This document shows positions 26,351-38,740 of a DNA stretch of 64,000 nt, one piece after another (positions within the stretch are counted from its first letter, which is position 1; every line of letters starts with the position of its first letter). The position numbers and the translations under genes were made by a program. The notes beneath the pieces were generated by a model. It saw only the letters and a list, made by a program, of their open reading frames with translations, was not told where the DNA came from and made no database searches. Location of the stretch: NCBI RefSeq assembly GCF_009834535.1, contig NC_045698.1:9736001-9800000 (forward strand), read 5' to 3'. Source of the stretch: Camelus ferus. Taxonomy: Eukaryota.

Positions 26351-27264
26351 GGTCAATAGTCCTTGGCTTTTTATTCATGCCCAAAAAAACTCAGTTATAC
26401 GTCTATCATATCACCTCTCAACAGGCCTCGTAGGCCTCCTCTGTAGTAGTTGTCTGTCATGAGCTACATGCAGACAGAAACTGTCTCCATCTCACTCATT
26501 ATTGTACCAGTCATACCTATAGAAGATGCTCAGTAAACATGCAGTTAGACGTAGCAGGTGATTGTTAGTATTTCCATAATGTAGGTTTTAGGAAAGAGGA
26601 CTTGATGTAAAGACCAGAAGCCACAGCCGTTATTTCAAGGTCTAAATGTTTCCCAAACTTAGCAGAAGCTCAACAACGTCCTTTTCTAACTCAAACCCTG
26701 AGACTCTACCAAGAGGCAGTGTGGTTTAATGCATGTCCATTTTGCTGCCTTTGGACCCAGTCTGAGTCCTATATTCTACCACTTATTAGAAATAGTGGAC
26801 CTCAGACATAGTGTTCAACATCTCTTAACCTCAATTTCTTGACGTGCAGAGACTAGGAAGAAAATAGGCCTGGGGGAGAGAGACAGAAATGGAAGCAACC
26901 CCAGAGCAACAGAACCCTCCAAGGGCTGTCCGGAAACAAGTATTCAGAACCAAGGGCTGTGTATCTTAGCATCCAAAGATTTTCAGGATTTCATAAAGAA
27001 AAATCGAACAGAGTCCTACCAAATAGATATTTTTAGGAACTTGCTTTATTCATAACTAAGGATGATTTTTTTATTAGCATTGAAATTGTACATCAGACGG
27101 TTTAAAACATTTATTCTCTTAAGGGCCCCTCCAGTAGACTGATGGTCCCAGCCCAGCTTAATGCCACACAGTTAGCAAGTAACAAAGCTGCGATTCAAAT
27201 CCATATCCAGCATAAAAATTCGATCTCAAATTCCTCTTAACACACCTACTAGAAAAAGACAGAC

Positions 27265-27420
27265 ATCTCATAGAAAGATGGGCAAGAGACTAAACAGGCA
27301 CTTCATGGGGGGAAAAAAAAGGTATCCAATAGGTAATAAATATATGCAATGATGCTCAACATCATTGATCATCAGGGAAATGAAAAGTAAATCCACAAGG
27401 AGATACCACCAAACCCTGGC
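27265..27420 (+). mobile_element. Old L1 ORF2 fragment
   Basis: atagaaagatgggcaagagactaaacaggcacttc...gatgctcaacatcattgatcatcagggaaatg...gagataccac. Confidence 0.75.
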
Positions 27421-29611
27421 CAAGTGCCTAAAACGTAGGGGGTTCCCAGAAGAGTCAGGCATCTTATCTTTATAACACAGGAGTCTTTCTGGAGTTACTA
27501 TTGGATCTATTTATCTATGGTCTTATCTTAAAACACACATTTGAATGGGCCAGAGTTAAAGGAGTTTGAATTCAGCATGTGACGGATTTCATGGTTTAGT
27601 TTGGTTTGGTTTGGTTTATCTATTTTTGCAAGTTATAGTGAAACCCCTGGTTGATTTTTCTGTTTCAATTCTGTTTTCCTTTCGGAGTCTAGCTGCCAGC
27701 AGGACAAATGTTATCTTTATTGCTACATATTTATATACTGCATATTAATACATAGGCACATATTTATTTATTGAGTTCCATGCTTAGGAAATGTGCACTT
27801 TCCTGAAGTATTAGACTTCAAAAAACTTTCTCTAAAAACAGAAAAATGAGCTTCCCCACTCCTCCTCTGCTTCTCCTCTCTTCGTCTTCCCTGACTTGTG
27901 GTCCACATCCCCTAGGGCACAGCTCTCCTTTTCTAGCCGACGGTTCCCCTGGCTTCTCCCCAAGCCCTCCTCTGGAATGTGGTTGCCCTGAGTCTACACA
28001 TCTTCCCTGAGAAGCCAGCTCCCCTCTCCTCTGCTAAGACCTACCCTCCCCCTTCCCACAGGAAACCCCTCTGGCTGTGCGGACTGAGCCTTTTCCCAGC
28101 CCCTCACCAGGGTGCCTTTGAGGGGAGGGGAAGAAAGGCATGCATTTCACCTTAGGGTATCTTTCTACATATTGGATCTATTTGCTTCCTGTACTCTCAT
28201 TTATTTCAAAATGATGTTGATATGGAACTGTGCTGTTCATTTCAAAAATTTCCAGCTAAAAGTTAACCATCTGGGCCCCTTAGACCATGACAGATAGACA
28301 TACACATGACCACATATATATTAAGATCTTTTGATGGCATCATAATGCCTTCTTTTAGAACTATCCAGGTCCACAAATGCCCTTTTTATTGTGAAGTGTA
28401 AAACTATGCAGCAGAATTTGCTACCCATGTGATATTTCAGAATGGACTTTTTATTACGTGGGAAAAAAGAGAAGAAAGCAGCTGTTTTTTTTTTTTTTAA
28501 TCAGGAAGTTTCTTTTCTCTTATTTCTTTCCTTCTTTTCCTCTCTCTCTCTCCTTCCTTCCTTCTTTCTTTCTTTTTAAATTGTAGATACACTGAAATAG
28601 TATCTTGCTCTATAGAAAGAAAAGTTCTTATAATTTACATAGAAGTCATTATAAAGCTAATATGAGAAGCCCTCTGTGATTATTTTTAAGATTGCTTTGC
28701 TGACACCTACTGGATAGGATCTTTTACACAAACATATAACACAAGTAAAAGAATGAGGATTTCCTATTCTAATTTGGATGCATGAAATTTTCTTAAATAA
28801 TAAAATGGATGAAATTAACTAATTAGATTAATTTTTAATTCCTTGTGTGGTTCAAATTAATTTTCTTTTTTATTCTTCCTCTTTCTTTCTTTCTTTCCTT
28901 TGTTCTGTCTTTTTTTGTGGGCAGGGGATGTATAAAGACCAAACATTTCAAAGTTTCACCTTGGAAAGAAAAGGTACCACTTTCCTTTAAAATAGTAATA
29001 AATTGAAAAAATCTATTTATACTTAACATACTATCTAAATTGTCATATTCCTGCTAGTAGATCTCCCAGTTTAACAAAACAGATGAGATGGGGGAAAAAA
29101 ATATTATGTAAATTAATCAGCTGGTTTCCGCTGAGAAGTTAATGTGCTCTCTTCGGTCTTTAAATAAGGACCTTTTGATCCCAAGCAAGCATTTATGAGT
29201 ATCTGGAATTCCAAAATAAACATGAAGTTTATTTAATGGTTAACTAGAGATAATAAAGCTATACCTCTTAGAGCTACAATTTTAAAACCCTTAATAAATT
29301 TATAGCTACAATGGGACTTAAATTGATTCAGTTTAAACATTTGATTTTTAAATTGTATAGATAGTGAGGGCAAGGGCCAAGAACTGAGACAACAAGAAAT
29401 GTCAGAATGCTGCCTGGAACCCAGAACCTGAATCCCAAACCAATGCTTTATACGGTTTCTACTGCATCATTGGCCCTTAATTGTTGCTTTATTATTTATC
29501 CCTTGATATCAACTATTTGCATTAGTTACGGATCACAATCATTCCTTACTTCAACTCATTGGCTTATCAGATGCTCTAATGGAGAACATGATCTGGTGAA
29601 AAACTTAGAAA

Positions 29612-30150
29612 ATGTTAGTTATCTGTTGACACATAATCAATAATCACAAACATAGCAGCTTAAAAATGCTTATTTATTATGCATAGTTTCTGTGAATAAT
29701 CTATAGTTTCTGTGGGTCAGGCATTCAAACATGGCTTAGCCTGGTCCTCTGCCTCAGAGTCTGAAAAGGCTAAAAACAAGATATTGGATAGGGCTGTGAC
29801 CTCATCAGAGGCTCAACTGGGGGGAGGATCTACTTCCAACATCTCTCATGTTGTTGGTAGAGTCCATTTCCTTATAGCTGCAGGACCAAGGCTTCATCCT
29901 CTTCTGTGTGTGGGCTTTCCAAACATGGCTGCGCACGTCTTCAAAACCAACGAGGGAGAGCAAAACCCTTCAAAAGATTGTGCTACGATTTTACATAACA
30001 TCACCACAGAATAATGCAGTACATGTAATCATAAACACCCATCACCTTTGCTGCATTCTGTTGGTTAGAATTGTCACAGATCCTGCCCACACTCAAGAGA
30101 GCACCATGTGCTGGGGATCCTGGGACCCACCCTAGAATCTGTCCTCCACA
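29612..30150 (-). mobile_element. MLT1 LTR
   Basis: tagttatctgttg...catagcagcttaaaa...tagtttctgtgggtcaggcattcaaacatggcttagc...gaatctgtcctccaca. Confidence 0.8.
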
Positions 30151-31213
30151 AAAGAGACCCAAGAATTCTAATCTCAGGTTCATATCCAGTTGACATTTTA
30201 AAATATAAAAGTGGCCCAGATATAATTTTGCCTTGAAAATGCTAATGTGTGTCTGTTTAATTTAATATAAAACATGAAACAACACTTGAGTGCTGCTGGT
30301 CCCTTCCACAAATGAAACTGCTCCAGGGAAAGAACCTAGAGTGAAGCCACCTCTGATCAGTTGCCACCCTCAACTGTGGGACGAGCCCGTCACTCAAGCG
30401 GGGCTGTGAACGCACTTCAGGGAGGGACGATAGATGTGGCAGAGGAGAGCTTGCTCCAAAACAGCCACAGAGCAGGCAAAATAATGAAATATATCCATTT
30501 GCATGGGCCCTACATAGCACACAACTATTTTAAGTTTTAAAATTAGTTCTTCCGTAAAGTGTACAACCAAAATATTTATTGCTGACACATTTTTCAGCAC
30601 TTCTTTCAACTGTCTTGATTATATTTTTTAAATACCATACATTTTAGAGTTGTCTCCTAGGAGCCAAGCAGCTGCAGTTTTTTCAAATTGTTTGTCCTTC
30701 ATTAATTCTTGGAATTCATGAACTTGGATTTGAATAGCACCATAGACAGTACCAGAACAGATGTAAGGAATGTTTTATTGACGTGAATAAGCAACACGAA
30801 GTTGTCTCCTAGATGGAGAGAGTTTGGCTATGGCAATATGTGACGGTAATTTTGTAACCTTAAAGATGAGTTATAACCAATTAAGCACTGACTCAGCAAA
30901 GTTAGCATAGTGCCAAATTGATAATATATATTCAACGATTCTTATTTAATCTTGGAAGTAACCTTGTAAGCCACAGTATTACCCTTACTTTTATAGATGA
31001 GGAGAGCAATGCTTAGAAGTGAGGCAACTAGCCCGAGGGGAAGTAGATAATGAGTAGGAGTGTGCTGCCTTCACATCTACCGCCGTTTCCATCACAGAGC
31101 AGCCACCTAAGGTTCTTGTTTTAAATCAGTTTGATTTCTTATGCCTTAACATATCTAAAGGAAGTATCTTTGCTCCCAATTGATATTGTTTGCTGGAGTT
31201 CACCCAAAGCTTA

Positions 31214-31784
31214 TGTTGCCGAAAGATCAGCCCCCATCCCTGATGAGGCAAATAACCCAGAGACAAAGTCTTGGAGCTTAGAAGAGAAGAGGCAATTTTA
31301 TTGCTTTGCTGGGCAAAGGGGACTCACAGCAGGCTAGCGCCTTGAAAACTGTGAACCCACCTTGGGGATGGGGTGGGGTGGTTATACAGCCATGGCTCAA
31401 ACAATAAAGCATTGATAACAATCAACAGAATCATTTTCTCATCAGAAGACAGAATGGCATCATGATGCCGCCAGGCGACCTGTTAGCAGTTAGATTTCTT
31501 TATCTCATAAGCACTCAAGGTGTGGTCTTCTTGGTAATTCAGGCTATTTTGTAAGGTTATAGTCCTGTGACCTCCCTGGAGAAGGACTCAGAGACCAAGC
31601 ATGATTATTACTTTCAATGACTGGAATAACGTAGAAACAGTAAGACTGATAGCTTTAGTTTTAACAGTGGGCCTGGAACTGTGAGTAGCAACCAATCAGT
31701 CAGGTCAGTTGACCGTTTTAAGGGCAAGCATAAGAATGAGTGATCCGTTAGCCTAAGTGCGGCCATTTTAGTAATCTTCCTTCA
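31214..31784 (-). mobile_element. Solo LTR, ERV1-class, 571 bp
   Basis: TG...CA termini; perfect 4-bp TSD CTTA (31210-31213 / 31785-31788); minus-strand TATAA (31382-31386) and AATAAA (31297-31302) in U3-R-U5 order. Confidence 0.85.
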
Positions 31785-34700
31785 CTTATACCTATGTCTT
31801 AAGTTGATTTGAAGAGTGTGGGTGTGTACTTTACAGTTTTTTAATACACCTTGGATAAAAAAATGAAGTGTATAAAAATCAAAATGTCCTTGATTATCCA
31901 ACTTCTGCCACGACAGTGCTCGGCAGAGAGGGGAGATCTCAAGTTGAGCTCTTGGCCACTGAGATGCACAGATTCCTGCAGGGCTGTGAGAGCCAGTCCA
32001 GGAGGCAGCCAAGAGACACTGCAGGGCTTCCATGACAGGAGGTGCTTTGTCGCAAATAGTGAAGCGATCAGTCCGCTAATTGCCCTGCACATATATATGG
32101 TGGTTTAGATTTTTAAAAACATGCTCGTTAAAACCGGTTGAGGAAGGATGAATTATTCAATAAACAAAAAATAGCTCTGCTTCACACCAAAACCAAACTT
32201 TTATTGCAGTAAATGTAATCGTAAAAATATTAAAATATTATACTTTTGTGTTGGGAAAGGGTTATCACAGCACATTAGCTAAGTGTACACACACACACAC
32301 ACAAATACGCATGTAACTGTAGAGGTTCTCTATTGCTCTCTCTTGCCAGCATCCATTGCCTTGTTTAGAAAGAGAAGACGTCTGATGCTTTCGGGAAACA
32401 TCCCTTCCTGTTACGTAGTCCTTTTGACTCCTCTTCTCTACTCTCCAATTCCAGATCAAAACCAAGCCCTGAGATGTGAAGCCTTTCAAAGATTCTACTA
32501 GAATTCTCCAGAAAAGGACTCTCTTTCCAAGGTCTTGGGAATTAAAGATCCAGTAAGTGTGAAACTGCTGAAGCAGTCAAGAAGGACAGGGAGGGGAGAC
32601 GAGTTGAAGAAGGGAAGGAGGACAGCAGAAAATATAAGAAAGGAAATGAAAGATGAAGGGAAAAGAGGAAAAGAAGACAATTATCAAGAATCCTCCCTTT
32701 GCAACGTGTCTTTGAAATAAGTTGTTTTAGACTTAGGATGATATGCGTGCCCACAGTTTACTTAGAATTATGGAGTGAAAGGCAGTTACCAATTTTCAAC
32801 ATTTGAATTTCTTTAAATGACTATATTCAATCTTGCTGTGTTGGGAAGTTCTTCAAAATTAAGCCAGAAAAAATGGCCTGCTGATGGAAGTGAAAAAGAC
32901 TTCCCCTAAGAAAGAAAGCTGTGAGTGTGTGTGCTTTCTGTTTTGTTACACCCTGTGCAGGAGACTACCTAAGACCTCTTTTCATGTCCCTTCATTGTGC
33001 TCTGTTGAAATTCATAGGGTTTAAAGGAAACTTAAGGATAACGAGGAGGCTGTGATTTGTTGTTATGCAGAAAATTTTAATCATCAAAGAAACCAAGAGC
33101 TATGTTAGCAAAAAATACTTAACGTCACATTTTATATTTACCAAAATTGATGCACAATTATGTCAACTAATTTATACTTAATCCACTTGTTGGAATAATT
33201 TATTTATGAAAATTAACTTGAATAACATTGCAATCAGTGGGAGGACTGGGATGGGGGAAAGCATAAATAGCATAAATAAATAATGAAGTGAAATAAATAA
33301 ATGAAAAGGAGCTGTAGTTCACACTTAGAAATGAGTTAGGGCTGTGTGTCTTCCCCTCATGTGGAAGATGAGTACAAATGATCTGGTGTGCAAACGTCAA
33401 AGAAATGTGAAATGGGCTGAATTCCTGGGTTTCGGGGAATGGCTTTATTTTGGAACAACCAACCACCGCCTTCAGCCATGCTCTGTCCACATTCCTGTCC
33501 CTGCTTTTCGTCAGCGTTTGTGGAAGAGTCCATCTTTTTCTGGTCATTGTCAGTTTTGAGAACAACTTCATACAGGTAATTATCAAGAGCACTTATTTTC
33601 CACTCCTCACGTGTCCGAGGGACAGAACGTTCATTGAAAGAAGCTCCCATCCCCCCTTTCTGCCTCTCTCATTACTTCTTGAACAGCAGTTGTCCAACAC
33701 GGCTGTGACAGGGTGAGCAAGTTAATTTAAGGTAAGATTTTAGCAGAGCTGTGTGCAACACAAGAGAAGCCTTATTCTCCAGCCAGAGTTACCTGTAGCT
33801 GAAACAATGCTGTATTTAAATTTCCCCCTGTCCAACTTCTAAATCAATCAGTTGCTTTAAACAAAGACCAGGCAAGGAAGAAGGATGTTAAGTGTTCGTT
33901 TCTCGAATCCCAATGATAATTGAGATGCATTTTCAGTCATTAGAATTACGGTCTAATATTACATTTGATTCAAAACTTCTCTTCTTCCTTCATGCAGGCC
34001 TGACCCACTGTCCACGCACTTCCAGTGGGAAGAGGGGTGTGGTTCACTCTTTCACTCTTCTCTGCCCTCTTATTCACTAGGCAATATCCACCCTTCCAGG
34101 CCTCTGTGATGGCCATACTCAGCTCTCCTTCCTCACAGCCAAGGGTTCCCTCACTTCAGCAAGCTTCTGTCTTGGGTGAGTTCTTTCAAGGTAGCTTGAG
34201 CCCCTGTCACCATCATGGGAGGAAGTATGCCAGTCAGACTTGCAATATTTAAATCTGAATGTTTCATGTACCAGCCAAGTGACCTTGAGCAAGTCTCAGT
34301 GCCCCGTACATAAAATGGAAAACTAAATTACCAATATCACATGGTTGTTTAATGACTAGATGAGATACGTGTGTGTGTGTATACATAACAGACATGAAGT
34401 GTTTACTATAGTGCCTTGCATTAATATGTGTTATATAAGTGTTAAATAAAATAAGGTGCCAGGGTCTCTTTCTGGGAGGCACTTCCAATCCTTTCCAGTG
34501 GCTCTCTTGGTGCTCTTCACTGGCTTGGATCAGAAGCAGATCCTCAACACCATCTCTAGGCTGACCGCCTCCTTCTCTTTGGGACTTCTCCCATGAACTC
34601 CCCTTGAGAGTCCAGCCATCTCCTTACACAGGTCAGATGAAGAGTAGGGGGAGTTACAACGGATCATTGGCAACCTCTTCAGCAAGTCCTTGGATGGGGG

Positions 34701-35639
34701 CATCTGGCTATCATCTTTACGATATGAAATACTAGTTGCCAACTTAGGAACATAACCAAGATTTCAGACAACGGGTAAGCGATTACTTATGAAAAGCTTT
34801 CACTATATCCAACAGAATCAAACATAATAACTGAACTGAAAAAGCCTCAAGCAATATGAGTCAGTTCTGGTTAAACCCCATCAGATTAAAGAGGTAAGAG
34901 TGTGAGACACCTAGTTAACAGGGATGCAGGTCTCTGTCTACCTTTCTCGTCTCTCATCCCAGCATCCCTATACTTTTTCCTCCTGTCCTCACTGAACTGT
35001 TTGTAGTTGCTTAAACCTCACTTTTCACACTTCTCTGCATCCCTGCGGTTCCTCTGCATGGAATGCCCTTTCAGTCCCTCTCTTATGAAACCTTACGTTG
35101 CCATCCAGAGAGCAAGTGCTTCCCGTAGCCCCTGCATGAACCCCGTACTTTATCTTCCTCCCACAGCTGCTGTGGGTTATTCCCATGTCTGTCTCAGAGA
35201 CAGGGAGCCTCTCACGGTCAATATCTCTCTTCCTCTCTTGGCTCCAGCACACAGTAAACTGCCTGGCTCTTTCACAGCCACTCAGGGTTTGAGTAAACAA
35301 GTGATACCAGATCGTACATCATGGGTTAAATTTTTGTTAATTTGAGACCTGGGTGGAAGAATTTGTCTTGGGAGAAAGGAGCTAACTAGACTCAGTAAAC
35401 ACCTTAATGGGATGCTTTTGTCTGGAGAGGAGGCATAGAAGTTTGGGGGCGGGGACCTAAATTTAAAAAATGCAAGAGTTATTTGGGATGGGATAAAAGC
35501 AAAGAAGGAAAAGAGAGGAGGTCAGGCAAGAGGGAGGACGGGCAACGGCATGATGGGAAGCTCAAGACTGAGTGAAAGAGGCAACCAGTGAAAACTAAAT
35601 GGGCTGACAGGCTCGGTGTGCTCTCAGCACAACGCCCAT

Positions 35640-38090
35640 TTAGCTGGTGAAATTGCTCTTTTTTAATTATGTAAAGTCTCTAGAAATCGTCATAAGCCAA
35701 TTATATACGGCAAATAGAGAAACATATTCAAGAAAATTTACTAAATCTCAGTAAGCATAGCGAGAGCATAGCATTTGAAACATGATTTGTTCCAACCCCC
35801 ACCCCCAGCTGTGTGTTATGAAATCTTTAAACCAGGGAGCTGCATCCAAGAAGATAGGACTTTGTCTCTGCTCCTCCAGCTCCCAGTCTAAGGCTGAGCT
35901 TTCACTTCAGGAGGACCAGGCTACTGGTGTCTCTCAACATCCCAGTTCTATGTTATAGACACTCTATTCCCAGTAGGCATGGTAGGAGGGACAGAGGCTT
36001 CCTACCCTCATCTTGAAGACACTTTGGGGCAAAAGCTCTATCCCAGGAGTGGTAGGTCAAAAACTTCGGGGCCCCATCCCCTCTACCCTGCTTATAAAGC
36101 AGAGTTTCTATGCTTGAAGAGGCAAGACAATAAGATCAGGGGCCACTAACGCCCCCCACCCACCTCCAGAGCCCTCTTGCAGAGCAGGGAGTGTCACTTG
36201 GGTTCTGCCCAGAGAGAGAGGCAGGCCTTATGCACAAATTGCTGTACAGCTGTGCCTGAGAGAACCGACTTTATTTGGAACAGAGCATGAAGAATTGAAT
36301 ACCTCAGTGTCAAAAATAATGGAGATATTAGTGGTAAGCAATTATGAGAAGCAGATAGTTTCATAATATTAGCAGCAATAAATCAAATGGAAGAGCAACA
36401 GAATTTTAACAAAGAAAGCCAAGAAAAGAGACAGTCTAGAGAACTCTGGGCTGGAAAAACTGTGTGCAAGCAACAGATTGCCTCCACTCAGGAGCAGTCA
36501 GAGCAGGATGTGGGATCAACTTAAATGCTTTGCCTAAGCCACACAAAGAAGCATCAGCAAGGGGCAAGAGCCTCACTGGCACAAGATGTTTAGTAGGTCC
36601 CACATATGCCCAAACACTGACTTAATATATAAGCTATGCTGACTCAGGGGCTAGTCCTAGGAAGCCAGGCTTTAAAATAAAATCATACTCATGCCTTGTG
36701 GTCTGGAAGAATACACACACCTTCAAAATGTCACCCTCTCAGGGGTGAGTCCAGAGGGTACTGGCAAACCACCAGTCCCTGAAAGAATTTTGGACAAAAT
36801 ATCATAAAATACCTAAAAAGCAGTCCCCAAGCCATACATACATCCAGTGAAAAGGGAGGAAAGTCTAACTGGCTAAGATGCCAAAGCACAGCTTAGACCA
36901 ACGACCCAGGAGCCACACCTAGGTCGCTAGGCTGTAAGACAAAAACAAGGGGAAAAGAAATCTAAGTAGGGACATCTGAGCCTACGGACTGCTGGGGAAG
37001 TAGACTTCACAGAACTAATTCATCCAAGTCTCAAAATAAATAAATAAGTAATGAATCAAACAACCAAAACAAACCCTATGGAGGAAGAGTAAAATCAGTG
37101 TCCAGACTGACTGCAGTTTAGTATCTAAAGTTGTTCTATTTTCAAAAAAAAAATTTTGAGACATGCAAAGAAACAGGAAATTTGACTAATACCCAGTGGC
37201 AAAAAGTAAGCAATAGAAATTGCCTTTGAGAGGGTCCAGATGTTGGACTTAATAGGCAAAGATTTCAAAACAGTTATTGCAAGTATGTGCCAATAGCTAA
37301 AGAAAACGCTGTTTAAAGACTTAAAAGAATTGATTCAGTAGAGTATATTAATAAAAAGACAGAAATTTTTAAAAGAATCAAATGATAATTCTAGAATTGA
37401 AAATTAAAACGCTAAAAAAATTTTTTTTTTAAATCACTAAAGGAGTGTGTATTAGGGCTTCCATAACAAAGTGCCACTTAAACAACAGAAATTTGTTGTC
37501 TCACAGTTCTGGAGGCAAGATGTCTGAGATCAAGGTGTTGACAGGGATGGGTTGCTTCCGAGGGTCATGAGGGAAAGTTCTGCTCCTGGCCTCTGTCCTA
37601 GATTCTGGCAGTCTTTGATATTCTTTGACTTCTATATCATCTCAGCCTCTGCCTTCATCTACACATGGCTTTCTCCTAGAGTGTATGTCTCTATGTTCAA
37701 ATGTACCCTTTTCATAAGGACACTAGTCTTACTGGATTAAAGGCCCATCCTACTCCAGCATGACCTCATCTTAATTAATTTTATCCACAAAAGTCATCTT
37801 CTGTGGTGCTGAAGGTTTAGGTCTTTACACAATTCACCCCATAACAGAGTGCAAAAGTAGATTTGATTTGACAGAAGAAAGAATAAGTAGACTTGAAAAG
37901 AGATCAATAGAGACTGTAAAAATCTAAAGAATAGGGAGGAAAAAGAATTAGAAAAAATGATTAGAAGTGAGAGAGAACATGTTTGTCTCCAAGCCTCAGA
38001 GAAGTGTGGGTATCATCAAACACACCAACTTGCATAATGGAAGAACCAGAAGGAGAAGAGAAAATATGTTCAAATAAATAGTGCCTGAAA
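35640..38090 (+). mobile_element. Old L1M 5' UTR / ORF1 remnant, interrupted by MLT1
   Basis: gacatgcaaagaaacaggaaa...ccagatgttggacttaa...aaagatttcaaaacagttatt...tctagaattgaaaa...gaagaaagaataagtagacttgaa...gcctcagaga resemble decayed L1 ORF1; 5' boundary uncertain. Confidence 0.7.
37448..37846 (-). mobile_element. MLT1 (B/C-like) LTR, 399 bp, nested in L1 ORF1
   Basis: tgtattag...ataaca termini; perfect 5-bp TSD GAGTG (37443-37447 / 37847-37851). Confidence 0.88.
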
Positions 38091-38569
38091 TTGGAATTAG
38101 AGGGTTGAAAGCAGGAACAAGAAAATAGGTGGGACGCAGGAAAGTAGGTGGGGTAGAAAGTAGCTAAAACATGTTTCAGAGGAACAATGTCTATTCAATT
38201 TTAGTTTCTACACTATGTTGTGTACCATGTAACCCAAATCTTCAGCAAAAGCCTACTGTACACAATAGCCATATGCAACTAGAGTTGGGGAAATTAAGGA
38301 AAAGAACCACTGAAGTGGGGAGGGAAGCACTGGGCACAAGCAGTAAAATGGGAGGAAGATGGAGAAATCAAAGCCAGAGCTGACGGAGCCAAAGCCACCA
38401 GGAATCTTCTGAAAAACTGCAAAAAAAACTTGGGCTTTATCTTAACACTGCACTTACGATGGGGTTTGAACCAGTTTTAACTGAATCTTCAGGGACAAGG
38501 AAAAACCAGCCAAGGTTGCAACTTTTATTACAAGTTCAAAAATGGAGAATACAGGCTATTATAAGACAT

Positions 38570-38740
38570 TAACCTTGTAATGGAAAAGGCTCTGAAAAAG
38601 AATATATATATATGTGCATGTATATATACATACTTTTATTATATATATACATATATATATAAAACCAAATCACTTTGCTGTAGACCTGAAACTAACACAA
38701 CATCATAAATCAACTATACTTCAATAAAAAAAAGAAAAAA
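38570..38740 (+). mobile_element. Short L1 3' tail with (TA)n tract
   Basis: aatcactttgctgtagacctgaaactaacacaacatcataaatcaactatacttcaataaaaaaa is an artiodactyl-type L1 terminus. Confidence 0.85.

Noticed and set aside
30648..30812. 13-bp direct repeat AGTTGTCTCCTAG as a possible TSD
   Set aside because: The 139 bp between copies has no poly(A), terminal repeats or element hallmarks.
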